Shown here: piece after piece, positions 47,666 to 56,982 of the stretch | Numbering within the stretch: position 1 is the first letter of the stretch | How the letters are laid out: every line of letters starts with the position of its first letter | Assembly (NCBI GenBank): GCA_016212475.1 | Contig: JACRGC010000005.1 | Coordinates: 157 to 64,156 of the forward strand | Direction of reading: 5' to 3' | Source: Candidatus Micrarchaeota archaeon | GTDB taxonomy: Archaea > Micrarchaeota > Micrarchaeia > Norongarragalinales > SBBD01 | DNA length: 64,000 nucleotides | Notes under the pieces: model-generated | Seen by the model: the letters and a program-made list of their open reading frames with translations, nothing else | What the model was told of the DNA's origin: nothing | Databases searched by the model: none | Made by a program: the position numbers and the translations under genes

Positions 47666-48356
47666 ATCCTTGGAGGACGGTTTCTAGGGAGACTTTCCCT
47701 TCCCGATAAAGCTGCTTATCTAGCATTTTTTCCTTTTTGCCTTCAGGCCATATGCGCCAGGCATTATTTGTGATATCATCGCCAACCAGCAATCTGCCGG
47801 AACTATCCCTGCCAAATTCCAATTTCAAATCAACAAGGGCAATCCCTTGCCTAGCGAATGCTTTTTCCAAAATTTCAAAAACTTCCCTTGTTAGGGCTCT
47901 GATTGCATCGATGTCCTTATAGGTTCCAAGTTTTAGCGCAACGGCATGGTCATCATTGATGAAAGGGTCATGAAGCACATCATCTTTTAGGAAAAGCTCG
48001 AATAATAGCGGATTGAACGCGCTGCCTTCCTTGAATGGCAATCGTTTAAGCAAAGAGCCGGTTGCTATTCTTCTTGTCACGCATTCAAGCGGGATCATTG
48101 TGAGTTTTTTTGCAACCAGATAGTTTTCTTCCGGTGCGGAAACAAAGTGCGTTAGGATGCCGTGCTTTTTTAGGAGTTCAAAGCAATTTTTAGTGGTTTC
48201 CCAATCGTATTTTCCCTTGCCTTTTAGTACATCATGCTTTGCGCCATCTCCGGCTGTGATGTCATCCTTGAAAAATAGGATTGCGTTTTCGGGATTCGTT
48301 GGATCCTGATAGACGATTTTTGTTTTGCCTTCTGAAATTTTTGATCCAAGTTTCAT
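47628..48356 (-). CDS. purC: Phosphoribosylaminoimidazole-succinocarboxamide synthase (SAICAR synthetase)
   Basis: N-terminus ..SEGKTKIVY.. plus SAICAR-synthetase fold motifs. SD-like GGGTGA precedes the ATG at 48356. Confidence 0.8.
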   Translation of the reverse strand: MKLGSKISEGKTKIVYQDPTNPENAILFFKDDITAGDGAKHDVLKGKGKYDWETTKNCFELLKKHGILTHFVSAPEENYLVAKKLTMIPLECVTRRIATGSLLKRLPFKEGSAFNPLLFELFLKDDVLHDPFINDDHAVALKLGTYKDIDAIRALTREVFEILEKAFARQGIALVDLKLEFGRDSSGRLLVGDDITNNAWRIWPEGKKEKMLDKQLYREGKVSLETVLQGFEKASEISRKFV

Positions 48357-48360
48357 AAAA

Positions 48361-49656
48361 TCACCCAAGGAAAATTATTTCATCCCTCTCCGGCCCAACC
48401 GAAACGGAGGAGATTGCAACGTTTAGTTCCCGCTTGATGAAATTAATATAGTCGATGGCGTTTTTCGGAAGCGCTGAAAGTTTTTTGGTTTTTCCATCCT
48501 TTGCAACTTTTTTCCAGTCTTGATCTTCAAATCCTTTGAACGATTCGTAAACTGGAACTGCGGTTTTCAAATCCTGCGAATACGCGGGGAATTCGGTAAT
48601 GGTTTTTTTGCCGATTTTGTAGTGCGTTGCAACCTTGATTTCAGATAGGCCGGCAAGCACATCAAGTTTTGTTATGTGGATGCCATCAAAGCCATTGAGC
48701 TTGATTGCGCTACGAAGCATTGGAAGGTCAAGCCAGCCAATCCTTCTTGCCCTGCCGGTTGTTGTTCCAAACTCCGCGCCTTTTGTTCGAAGCTTTTCCC
48801 CTATTTCATCATGAAGCTCGGTTGGGAATATGCCATTGCCAACCCTTGAGGTATATGCCTTTACAACGCCTTGCGAAGAAGAAATGAAGGAAGGAGGAAC
48901 TCCAGCTGAAACCGCAGCGGATGCGCAGATGCAATTTGAAGAGGTAACGAAGGGGTATGTGCCAAAATTATTGTCAAGGAATGTGCCTTGGGCGCCTTCA
49001 AAGAGTATTTTCTTTTTCTTTGATTGGAAACTGTGGAGTTCGGATGAGACATCCGTTGCATAGCCTTTTAGAATTTTTGAATACGCCAAGTATTCTGAAA
49101 GTATCGATGCAAATGAAAATTCGGAGGGGATGATTGCGGATGAGAATTGCAAAAGCCTAAGCTTCCTTTCATATTCGTTTTTGATTTTTAGTGTGAGCGA
49201 ATCTTCCAAAATCAGATCCTCAAAACGAAGGCCGGTTCTTGCGGCCTTATCCTCATAGCAAGGCCCAATCCCCCTTTGGGTGGTTCCGATTTTCTTGGAA
49301 TTTTCAGATCCTTCCAGCAAAATGTGCCAAGGCATTATCAAATGCGCCCGCAAATCAATTCCAAGATTCTTTGGCGAAATGGCAATTCCAAGCAATCGGA
49401 GGGTTTCGATTTCGGAAATTAGTACTTTTGGATTTATCACAACCCCCGAAGAAATCAAATTCCGCTTGTTTTTTTGGAAAACCCCCGAAGGAAGCAGATT
49501 TTGCTTGTAGGTGGTTTTGCCAATTTTAACCGTGTGGCCCGCATTGTTTCCTCCATTGAATCTAACAATTACATCAGATTTGCTTGCAAGGTAATCCACG
49601 ATTTTTCCTTTTCCTTCATCCCCGAATTGGGCGCCAATAATTGTAAGTCCTGCCAT
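48361..49656 (-). CDS. purA: Adenylosuccinate synthetase
   Basis: N-terminal GAQFGDEGKGK P-loop, GIGPCYEDK and other AdSS motifs. Start set at MAGLTIIGAQ (49656), which follows a strong GGGGGG SD-like sequence. The ORF extends upstream to 49767. Confidence 0.85.
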   Translation of the reverse strand: MAGLTIIGAQFGDEGKGKIVDYLASKSDVIVRFNGGNNAGHTVKIGKTTYKQNLLPSGVFQKNKRNLISSGVVINPKVLISEIETLRLLGIAISPKNLGIDLRAHLIMPWHILLEGSENSKKIGTTQRGIGPCYEDKAARTGLRFEDLILEDSLTLKIKNEYERKLRLLQFSSAIIPSEFSFASILSEYLAYSKILKGYATDVSSELHSFQSKKKKILFEGAQGTFLDNNFGTYPFVTSSNCICASAAVSAGVPPSFISSSQGVVKAYTSRVGNGIFPTELHDEIGEKLRTKGAEFGTTTGRARRIGWLDLPMLRSAIKLNGFDGIHITKLDVLAGLSEIKVATHYKIGKKTITEFPAYSQDLKTAVPVYESFKGFEDQDWKKVAKDGKTKKLSALPKNAIDYINFIKRELNVAISSVSVGPERDEIIFLG

Positions 49657-49868
49657 TTTCCCCCCTAAATAGTAGATTAACAATTGCGGTTTTAAACCGT
49701 TTCGGATGAATCGGGGATAGAGGAGATAGCTAAAATTTAACGGATCGAATACGCCGCATTCGTCCATTTTGTTTTGGTTTATGCCCCAATTGTCGAAGAA
49801 CCTTCAAGGAAACACTTATAAAAGCTATATTGCATAAATGGTATCTTCTATTTTGGAGGTAGATTATA

Positions 49869-50054
49869 TTGGTCACAAAGTGCCAGCGCTGCAACCTTGA
49901 AAAGCATTATCTTGAAAATTGCATGGGATGCAAGCGCTATGTTTGCAGGAATTGCCAAAAGGCTAGCAAGAGCGCTAGCAAAACCGTTAGATTGGTTATT
50001 TGCAAGGATTGCTGGGGAAAGATGGAAAAAAGAAGGCCTTGGGAGCAGGCGTAA
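49869..50054 (+). CDS. Small zinc-ribbon protein (four CxxC pairs)
   Basis: 61 aa: CQRC..CMGC..CRNC..CKDC. Confidence 0.4.
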   Translation: MVTKCQRCNLEKHYLENCMGCKRYVCRNCQKASKSASKTVRLVICKDCWGKMEKRRPWEQA

Positions 50055-50098
50055 CTGATTTTTAACCAAACTAATTAGCTAAGAATTGGATGCTGCAT

Positions 50099-51031
50099 TC
50101 ACATATTTCCAGTTGCAAACACAATTAGGAACAAAGCATAAGCCCCAATTAGCACAAATCCATCGCGTTTTGTCAATTTGCCCTTGACTATAACAAAATA
50201 CAAAAGCAATAGGTTTGCCAAAACCGAAAATATTATCAATTTTATTGCAGGCGCAAAGGAAATTTGGGGGTTAATTGCCAGGGATGCGCCAAAAACCAAG
50301 GTCAGGTTCACAATTGAGCTTCCAACTGCATTCCCAATTGCCATTTTTTCTGCTTTTTTCCGAATAGCGCTTATGCTAACGGATAATTCCGGAAGAGTGG
50401 TTCCAATCGATACCAGGGTTGCGCCAATTACGGTTTGGGTTATGCCAAGAAGGAAGCTTAACTTGATTGCATTTTCAACAACCAATTGCGAGCCTAAAAT
50501 GACAATTGAAATGAAAAGGGCAAATTTTGCAAAAGGTTCGAATAGTTTTCCTTTGCGGGCGGGTTTTTGCTTGCGATCAGAGATATCCTTTTGAAGCATC
50601 CACCTTATGTAAAAGGCAAATATAACAAGCAAAATTATTCCAGATATCCTGCCGGGATTGTAAATCACAAACAGGAGGGAAATGGCGCTTGTTGCAAGCA
50701 TGATCAGCACCAGTTCTTTGAGATCTTTTCTTTTGATTGCAGTTGCTCCAAGAACAGCGGCAACCCCAAGAACAAACAAAATATCGCTAATGTTTGCCCC
50801 AAATACATTCCCAACGGATAGGTCGGAGCTTCCTTTCAATGCAGCTGTTATGGAAACAAAGAATTCGGGAAGGGAAGTTGCAGTTGAAACTAAAATAAAG
50901 CCAATTGTGAGTTCGCTAATTCCAAGGGTCCTTGCCAGCTCAACTGCATTTTCGATGCTTTTTTCAGCTGCCTTGAATATGAAAATCAACCCTGTGAGAA
51001 TTAGAATAAGTGGGATTGCAAAATCAATCAT
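50099..51031 (-). CDS. Na+/Ca2+ exchanger family (CaCA, YrbG-like) membrane protein
   Basis: Ten predicted TM segments. Two alpha-repeat motifs (GNVFGANISDI.. and GNAVGSSIVNL..). Confidence 0.75.
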   Translation of the reverse strand: MIDFAIPLILILTGLIFIFKAAEKSIENAVELARTLGISELTIGFILVSTATSLPEFFVSITAALKGSSDLSVGNVFGANISDILFVLGVAAVLGATAIKRKDLKELVLIMLATSAISLLFVIYNPGRISGIILLVIFAFYIRWMLQKDISDRKQKPARKGKLFEPFAKFALFISIVILGSQLVVENAIKLSFLLGITQTVIGATLVSIGTTLPELSVSISAIRKKAEKMAIGNAVGSSIVNLTLVFGASLAINPQISFAPAIKLIIFSVLANLLLLYFVIVKGKLTKRDGFVLIGAYALFLIVFATGNM

Positions 51032-51143
51032 GTAATCCCAATTAGTAAGTCAAATAGGAATAAAATGGTTGCTTTGGGCTAATAAAAAAAATAAGGAGGA
51101 AATAAATAAGTAATGAAAACAAGAACCCCTTAAGAAAAACCAA

Positions 51144-51536
51144 TCATAGCAAAATGGCATTCACAACCCCGTGCTGAGATGGCCTGCTTGTAACCCTTGC
51201 CTTTCCGGCTTCGGTTTCAAGGATTGCGCCCTTTGTGATGACGTTTTCGGATGCGTAGTGCCGATTTGCCGGGCTTTCTGAAACCGTGATGATTTTTACT
51301 TTCTTGATTGTTTTGTCCTTCAAAACAACATTTGCAAATTTTGAGTGCTTGAGTTTTACCTTGATGGTTCCGCCCTTCCCTTTTTTGACTTCGCGGATTT
51401 CATTTTCTGCGTCTTTGTCAAGCTTTGGCTTGGCAAAAAAACCGCCGTAATTGGCAAGGATCTTGTCGCGAGTAACGCGCTTTTTGGCTCCAGTTCCAGA
51501 ACTTTTGGTCTTGAATGAAGCGTGATATTGTACCAT
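51144..51536 (-). CDS. rps8e: Ribosomal protein S8e
   Basis: ..SGTGAKKRVTRDKILANYGG.. plus a C-terminal KGAILETEAGKARVTSRPSQHGVVNAILL, typical of S8e. Confidence 0.7.
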   Translation of the reverse strand: MVQYHASFKTKSSGTGAKKRVTRDKILANYGGFFAKPKLDKDAENEIREVKKGKGGTIKVKLKHSKFANVVLKDKTIKKVKIITVSESPANRHYASENVITKGAILETEAGKARVTSRPSQHGVVNAILL

Positions 51537-51621
51537 GTTGTTGCACCTCAATATACATAAGCATTAATAATTTCCAAGGCGTACTAGCCTTATGCTTCAA
51601 ATTTACTGCCTAAATAGCAAT

Positions 51622-52044
51622 ATGAAAATCGAAGAGATAATTACCTGCGTCAAGGAATATAAAGCCATTGTTCTAAGGGCCGAGCTTTGCCTTTTAAAGG
51701 ATTTTTTGGGTTTTTGCAACAGGCAAGCAAAACAGGATTTTTTGGATAAAACCAATATTGCCAACCAATTCGAGCTCCAATGGATACTTCGGGTTGCATG
51801 CAAAAAAAATATCGGACAGGCGCTTGATTTTACAAAGCCAAAAAATACCAAAATTGCAATTGTTAGCGAAAAGGCAATTCCTGGAAAAATCATCGGAAAA
51901 ATAGGAACCGCCCTCGAATTTGAAAATACCGATGAAATGATTGAAAAAATATCGCAAGAATTCGGGATAACAAAAGCCGCAAAGGACAAATATCCCCTCG
52001 AGAAACTGCTGATTGAAAAATCGCTTATGGAAATTTCGCAATGA
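51622..52044 (+). CDS. Hypothetical protein, possibly KEOPS subunit Cgi121-like
   Basis: ~140 aa. Weak recalled resemblance to Cgi121. Sits between S8e and TFE. Confidence 0.2.
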   Translation: MKIEEIITCVKEYKAIVLRAELCLLKDFLGFCNRQAKQDFLDKTNIANQFELQWILRVACKKNIGQALDFTKPKNTKIAIVSEKAIPGKIIGKIGTALEFENTDEMIEKISQEFGITKAAKDKYPLEKLLIEKSLMEISQ

Positions 52045-52116
52045 AAAAGGGGAGAGTATATTTAGGCGTATCCCTTTGAGATAAGTATTTATATTTTCTC
52101 TAGGTAATACGTTGCT

Positions 52117-52686
52117 ATGCGCAAGATCCGAGCAAGCCCAAAAGGGCCTGAATTCATAAAATATCTTCATGAATTCGTTTCCGAAAGCATCGGGGAGAAA
52201 GGATTGAACGTTCTTTTGTCGATGGGCGATGGCGCAACTGATGAGATCATCGAGCAAAAGACAAAATACAAAATCGCAGAAATAAGATCGCTTCTAAACC
52301 ACCTTCATTCATACGGATTTGTGGAATACACCCGCGAAAAAAACATGCAAAACGGCTGGTTCACATACACCTGGAAATCCAACAGGGATAGGTCAATGCA
52401 AAATTTCCTGATGATCAAGAAAAAGGAGGTTGAAAGGCTTAGGAGCGGGATTTCATCCGAAGAGGGGGCGGTTTTTTACAAATGCACAAAGGGCTGCTCA
52501 AGGATGAATTTTGATTTTGCAATGGAGCATAAATTTCGGTGCCCAACCTGCACTAAGGATTTGAAATATTTGGATAACAAAGAAGAGCTCAAAAGGGCCG
52601 AGATCCGAATCAAGGCGATCCAGAAAATACTTGAGAGCAAAAGCGCCCTTGCAACAATTGAAAACGGCTTTTCGCCAAAAATCTGA
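52117..52686 (+). CDS. tfe: Transcription factor E (TFIIE alpha homologue)
   Basis: N-terminal winged helix and zinc ribbon CTKGCSRMNFDFAMEHKFRCPTC. Confidence 0.8.
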   Translation: MRKIRASPKGPEFIKYLHEFVSESIGEKGLNVLLSMGDGATDEIIEQKTKYKIAEIRSLLNHLHSYGFVEYTREKNMQNGWFTYTWKSNRDRSMQNFLMIKKKEVERLRSGISSEEGAVFYKCTKGCSRMNFDFAMEHKFRCPTCTKDLKYLDNKEELKRAEIRIKAIQKILESKSALATIENGFSPKI

Positions 52687-52781
52687 ATCCTTGAGGGAAA
52701 TTCGGGAAAGGCACTGGAATTTTCAAGGAACGTATTCATTTATAATCAAAATATGGCATATTGTATCTTCCTGATTCTGAT

Positions 52782-52889
52782 AGCGGGGTAGGGTAGCCAG
52801 GAGTGCCCGCTGGGCTCATAACCCGGAGAGATACTTGCACCTTGCAATTATTTCGGGGAAAGACCGGTGGTTCAAATCCACCCTCCGCT
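52782..52889 (+). tRNA. tRNAi-Met: Initiator tRNA-Met (anticodon CAU) with a ~34-nt non-canonical intron in the variable-loop/T-arm junction
   Basis: Acceptor AGCGGGG/CTCCGCT (A1:U72). Anticodon arm CTGGG-CTCATAA-CCCGG with three consecutive G:C pairs, the initiator hallmark. T-arm GGTGG-TTCAAAT-CCACC. 39 nt lie between the anticodon stem and T-stem where 4-5 are expected (52827..52865). Confidence 0.75.
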
Positions 52890-52908
52890 ATTTCTTTTTT
52901 TTAATTCA

Positions 52909-54387
52909 CTATTTTCCGGTATTTGAATATTCCTCGCAAAGCGAGAATGCGGGCCTTGGGATGAACCTTTTTTTCGTTTCCCCTTTTTCGGCAACCACAA
53001 CATCGGTCCCAACAATTTCCATTTTCAAGGAAGGATCGCTAAACAACTGCAAATCCACCTCGTGCCCGCCGTGGATGATAAAGCCCTTTCCTTGCTTTGG
53101 GAAATCGACAAGCTGTTTTAGCACATCATCCTTTAGGATTTCGGTATTTGGCTCGAAGACAAAAAGCACGCTATTTGAGCTGAATGGGTTTGATGTGACG
53201 GTTTTTAGGATTGAATTGACGATTAGTCGCTTGACTTCATCGCCCTGCTTTGCCAAATTTATGTAAAGCACTTTCCCAAGGCCGTCCTTCCAAGGGGAAG
53301 TTAGCTCTTCTGAAATGTTCTTTCCAAAAAGCAGGGGATTGGATTTTTGCATGACTTCAATTATCCTAATTGCCCGAAGGATGGAAAACTTGGGGAACTC
53401 CTTTGTTTCCTTGAATGAGGATAGTTCGACAATAAGATCCGATAGAACGGAGATTTTGGATCCCTTTTCACCGTAAACTTTTTGTATCAGGGGCGCAACA
53501 TCTGCCTTTTCCAAATTGAATGAGGATAGGAAAAGCGCAGGATCTACCATGCTAAGGTCGACAAAGAGGCTTTTTCCAAGGTCGAATTGCTTGAATGGAA
53601 AGCCAATTGGAAGGGCCTTCATCCCGAATTTTTCAAACTGCTCCTTGTCCTTGTTTGGAAGCGCAAGGCCTGAAAATGCCCCGCTTGAATCGAATATCAC
53701 GCAAGGAATGCTGTTTAGAAGGGCGCCTTCGGCCAGAATATGGGTCAAGTGGAGCCTAAGCTCTGAATTTTCACCGATTATTATCGATGAGAAAACGGAT
53801 TTCACATTCGCCTCGACTTTTGTTTCCTCGCGATCAACGCCTAGGAGGAACTTGGATTGGCTGGCTTGGTGTGAATCGTGCGAATCGCGGATCATGACGC
53901 CTCGCTTTGAAACTTGGAGTATGGCAATTGGATCGCCAATCAGGTTTTGAATTTCTTCTTCGGAGGCATTCTTTAGCTCTTTTGTTTTCACATCGGTTGA
54001 GCCTTCAATGCCCTTTTTGGTAAGCTTTACAAGGGCGTCAAGCTCCTCGTATTGCTTTGCAACCTCGTTTGACAAATCCGTTTCGGAGTAAGGCACAAAT
54101 GCGGGAGTGGAATCGACAATCAGGTATTTGAAGCGGTTTTCCCGCGTGATTTTTTCAATGAAGGTCATTTCGCGCTTTTGCGTTAAGGAAAATTTGGTCG
54201 CATCGCCCTCGATTACAAGCGCGCGCCTCTCCAAAACCAAAACTCCCTCGATTTCATCGCCCTTCTTTTCAAAAAGAGTGACAAGCAAGACTTTGTCTGG
54301 GTTTTGGTAGATCTGGACTGGGAATTGGCCCCAGGTTGCTGAAACTATTTTTTTCCAAGGCCCATGCGAAAGAGCTAAATCAGCCAT
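52909..54387 (-). CDS. Hypothetical 492-aa protein
   Basis: Long ORF with consistent codon usage and no recognizable catalytic motif (no intact Walker A). Confidence 0.4.
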   Translation of the reverse strand: MADLALSHGPWKKIVSATWGQFPVQIYQNPDKVLLVTLFEKKGDEIEGVLVLERRALVIEGDATKFSLTQKREMTFIEKITRENRFKYLIVDSTPAFVPYSETDLSNEVAKQYEELDALVKLTKKGIEGSTDVKTKELKNASEEEIQNLIGDPIAILQVSKRGVMIRDSHDSHQASQSKFLLGVDREETKVEANVKSVFSSIIIGENSELRLHLTHILAEGALLNSIPCVIFDSSGAFSGLALPNKDKEQFEKFGMKALPIGFPFKQFDLGKSLFVDLSMVDPALFLSSFNLEKADVAPLIQKVYGEKGSKISVLSDLIVELSSFKETKEFPKFSILRAIRIIEVMQKSNPLLFGKNISEELTSPWKDGLGKVLYINLAKQGDEVKRLIVNSILKTVTSNPFSSNSVLFVFEPNTEILKDDVLKQLVDFPKQGKGFIIHGGHEVDLQLFSDPSLKMEIVGTDVVVAEKGETKKRFIPRPAFSLCEEYSNTGK

Positions 54388-54533
54388 TTTCCATCGAAAT
54401 AGCTAAAGCAAAGGGGCTTTTAATGGTTTGCGCAAATTAGAGTGAAAAACATATCAAAAATTGCAAACAGAATCAGTTGAATAATTGAAAAAAAATAAAA
54501 GGAAAAAAAGACGATGGTTTTGCGAAAATGGAT

Positions 54534-54686
54534 TTACATCTTCGACAATCCTTTCCTCTTGACGTATGCCCACAGCTTCTTGGTCATCTCTGATGGAGAG
54601 ATTGGAGTGCCGCCGAATACATCCTTCAAAGAGTCAGTTGCTCCTGAAAAGGAAATCTTCATTCCTCCGAATGCTTTTCTTGCCAT
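54534..54686 (-). CDS. Small (50 aa) basic protein with a SWIB/MDM2-like motif; not in the >=60-aa ORF track
   Basis: Manual translation gives MARKAFGGMKISFSGATDSLKDVFGGTPISPSEMTKKLWAYVKRKGLSKM. The TKKLWAYVKRKGL segment resembles the start of SWIB domains. A TATA-like box lies ~25-32 nt upstream. Confidence 0.35.
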   Translation of the reverse strand: MARKAFGGMKISFSGATDSLKDVFGGTPISPSEMTKKLWAYVKRKGLSKM

Positions 54687-54710
54687 TTCTATTCACCCCG
54701 TTTCCCCTCT

Positions 54711-54718
54711 ATAAAAAG
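54711..54718 (-). promoter_or_regulatory. TATA-like box (TTTTTATA on minus strand) upstream of the small ORF
   Basis: Canonical archaeal spacing. Confidence 0.35.
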
Positions 54719-54959
54719 CAAAATTAGGACGCAAGCGGGATTAATAAAGGTATCGATTATTTACGAGCTAAATACGAGCTAGAATTGGGGGTTTTAAAAA
54801 AAGTTAAAAATAGCAGGGAAAAAAGGATTTTCCATGGGATTGGAAATGGATTTACTTAGGAATTGGGGGATTGCAAACGGATAGGCAGGAGGATTTGCAG
54901 CCTTGAAACCGGGAAAGAAGGTCGAAATTAGGGATAAAAATAAAAAAAGTGTTTTCGCC

Positions 54960-56867
54960 CTACTTGAGCCTAAGCGAATCCAAAACCTGCGGCGCCCTAG
55001 CATCAACGTGGAGCATTTTACCAACCGATCTTGCCAAATCTTCGCATTTGCTCTCTTCGCCGTGGAGCATTAGGAACTTGGATGGCCTTGGCTTGATTGA
55101 CCTTGCAAAATTTATCAGCTGCAAACGGTCGGAGTGGCCCGAAAATCCATCCACATTCACAACCTTTAGGTTGACTTTTAGGGTTTCGAGCTTGTTGTTT
55201 TTGAGGATTGGGATTTCCTTTTCACCGTTGAGAAGTTTCCTCCCAATTGACATTGGGGATTGGTAACCCACAAAAATAAGCGAATTGCGCGCATCTTCCG
55301 CCATCATTTTAAGGAATTCAAGCGATGGGCCTCCAGAAAGCATTCCCGAGGTTGCAATTATTATGCAAGGGTCGGGCCCTTCGACAATTGCCCTGCGGTC
55401 CATCCCAATTGCGCTCTTGAAAATTGGCTTGTCAAATGGCGAATCATTCTGCAAAATCCTCCTTTGGACATCGCGCCGCAAATATTCAGGGTAAACCGTA
55501 TGGATTGCAGACGCTTCGCGAACCATCCCATCGATGTAGATTGGGACGTCCACATTTCGGAGGTATTTTTCTATGATTAGCATTATTTCCTGCGACCTTC
55601 CAACGGCAAGAACCGGAATTAGGACTTTTCCCCTATTGGAAATTGTTTCCTTGATCACGTTGATCAGCTTTTGCTCGGATTCTTCCAAACGCGGCTTTAC
55701 ATCAACTGATGCGCCATATGTGCTCTCCATCATGATCGTATCAACCCGTGGGAACCTTATGTCCGCCGAATCAAACAAATTCGTCCTTCCGAATTTGATA
55801 TCGCCAGAATAAACAAGGTTGTGGAGGCCATCGCCAATGTGCAAATGCACCATTGCGCTCCCAAGGATGTGGCCTGCATTGTGGAATGTGAATCTTATCT
55901 TCGGGGTAATGTCGGTGACTTCGCCATATTTGCGAACAATAACATGGTTCAACATTTTTTTGATGTCCTTTTCGCCATAGGGCGATGTTTTTCCTTCCTG
56001 CGTCATGACATTTATGCAATCCTGCTGCAATAGGACCATCAAATCCCTTGTTGGCGGGGTGCAGTAGGTTGGGCCTTCGTAGCCGTATGCGTAAAGGTAG
56101 GGAAGGAAGCCAATGTGGTCAAGATGCGCATGCGAAATGATAACAGCGTCAATTTGATCTAGTTGAAGCCCCATTGCATTAAGGTACGGGTATGCCTTGG
56201 TGTTATCGGATGTGTCCACATTGAGCCCAACATCCATTATGATGTTGCTGTTGTTTGTTTGCAAAAGTATGCAGCTTCTTCCAACTTCCTTAAAGCCCCC
56301 AAGAGCGGTGATTTTAACCCACTCGGGATTGGATTCGTCCTGCATCATTTTCTTTCCAAGGGTGTTTAGGAATTTTTTCCTATCCTCCCCATTGGCTAAA
56401 AGTGCGGATCTAACCGCCCGGATTACTTCGGATGGCGAAGTTGGCGCCCGAAGGACTTTAGGCGACCACGCAGTTTCCAAAATGATGCTTTTTAGAACCA
56501 TTCCATTCTTTCCAATTACAACTCCTGGCTTCATTGCCTCAATTATCACTTCATTGAAAACGGAATCAAATTTGATGTCGACTATGCCCGCATCCTTTGG
56601 GACAAGCATGCGGATTTTTTCAAGCACCTTTTCAGGCGGCATCAAAACCGCAGAATCGCTCCTTAAAAGTACTTTTTTTCGTATGTGCGAAGCTATCCTT
56701 GTGATGAGGTTTTCATCATTGCAAAAAGCGGCCATGTTCTTTAGGTATAAAACCACCTGCGGGCCCTCTATTTCAATTTTTGTAAGCTCGGATTCCTTTG
56801 GCAGAACCTGCGCCACCTTATCCTGCAATTCCTTCATGTAACCAACAACTGCCATAACTTCATTCAA
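54960..56867 (-). CDS. aCPSF1 / FttA: KH-domain beta-CASP metallo-beta-lactamase ribonuclease (archaeal transcription termination factor)
   Basis: 635 aa. Two N-terminal KH domains, MBL motif HAHLDHIG, and beta-CASP motifs. Confidence 0.85.
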   Translation of the reverse strand: MNEVMAVVGYMKELQDKVAQVLPKESELTKIEIEGPQVVLYLKNMAAFCNDENLITRIASHIRKKVLLRSDSAVLMPPEKVLEKIRMLVPKDAGIVDIKFDSVFNEVIIEAMKPGVVIGKNGMVLKSIILETAWSPKVLRAPTSPSEVIRAVRSALLANGEDRKKFLNTLGKKMMQDESNPEWVKITALGGFKEVGRSCILLQTNNSNIIMDVGLNVDTSDNTKAYPYLNAMGLQLDQIDAVIISHAHLDHIGFLPYLYAYGYEGPTYCTPPTRDLMVLLQQDCINVMTQEGKTSPYGEKDIKKMLNHVIVRKYGEVTDITPKIRFTFHNAGHILGSAMVHLHIGDGLHNLVYSGDIKFGRTNLFDSADIRFPRVDTIMMESTYGASVDVKPRLEESEQKLINVIKETISNRGKVLIPVLAVGRSQEIMLIIEKYLRNVDVPIYIDGMVREASAIHTVYPEYLRRDVQRRILQNDSPFDKPIFKSAIGMDRRAIVEGPDPCIIIATSGMLSGGPSLEFLKMMAEDARNSLIFVGYQSPMSIGRKLLNGEKEIPILKNNKLETLKVNLKVVNVDGFSGHSDRLQLINFARSIKPRPSKFLMLHGEESKCEDLARSVGKMLHVDARAPQVLDSLRLK

Positions 56868-56982
56868 CCCTCTAATTTAATTCGTAAAAAATAACAAAAT
56901 GCTTGCAAAAACTATTGCACTATTTTTTAAAATAATGCAAAAAAAATCGCCGTATTTTTGAGGTTCAAGTGGAAACAAATTT

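Noticed and set aside
54514-54714. 66-aa plus-strand ORF listed in the track
   Set aside because: The opposite strand encodes a more plausible 50-aa basic protein with a correctly spaced TATA box. The plus ORF lacks promoter context.
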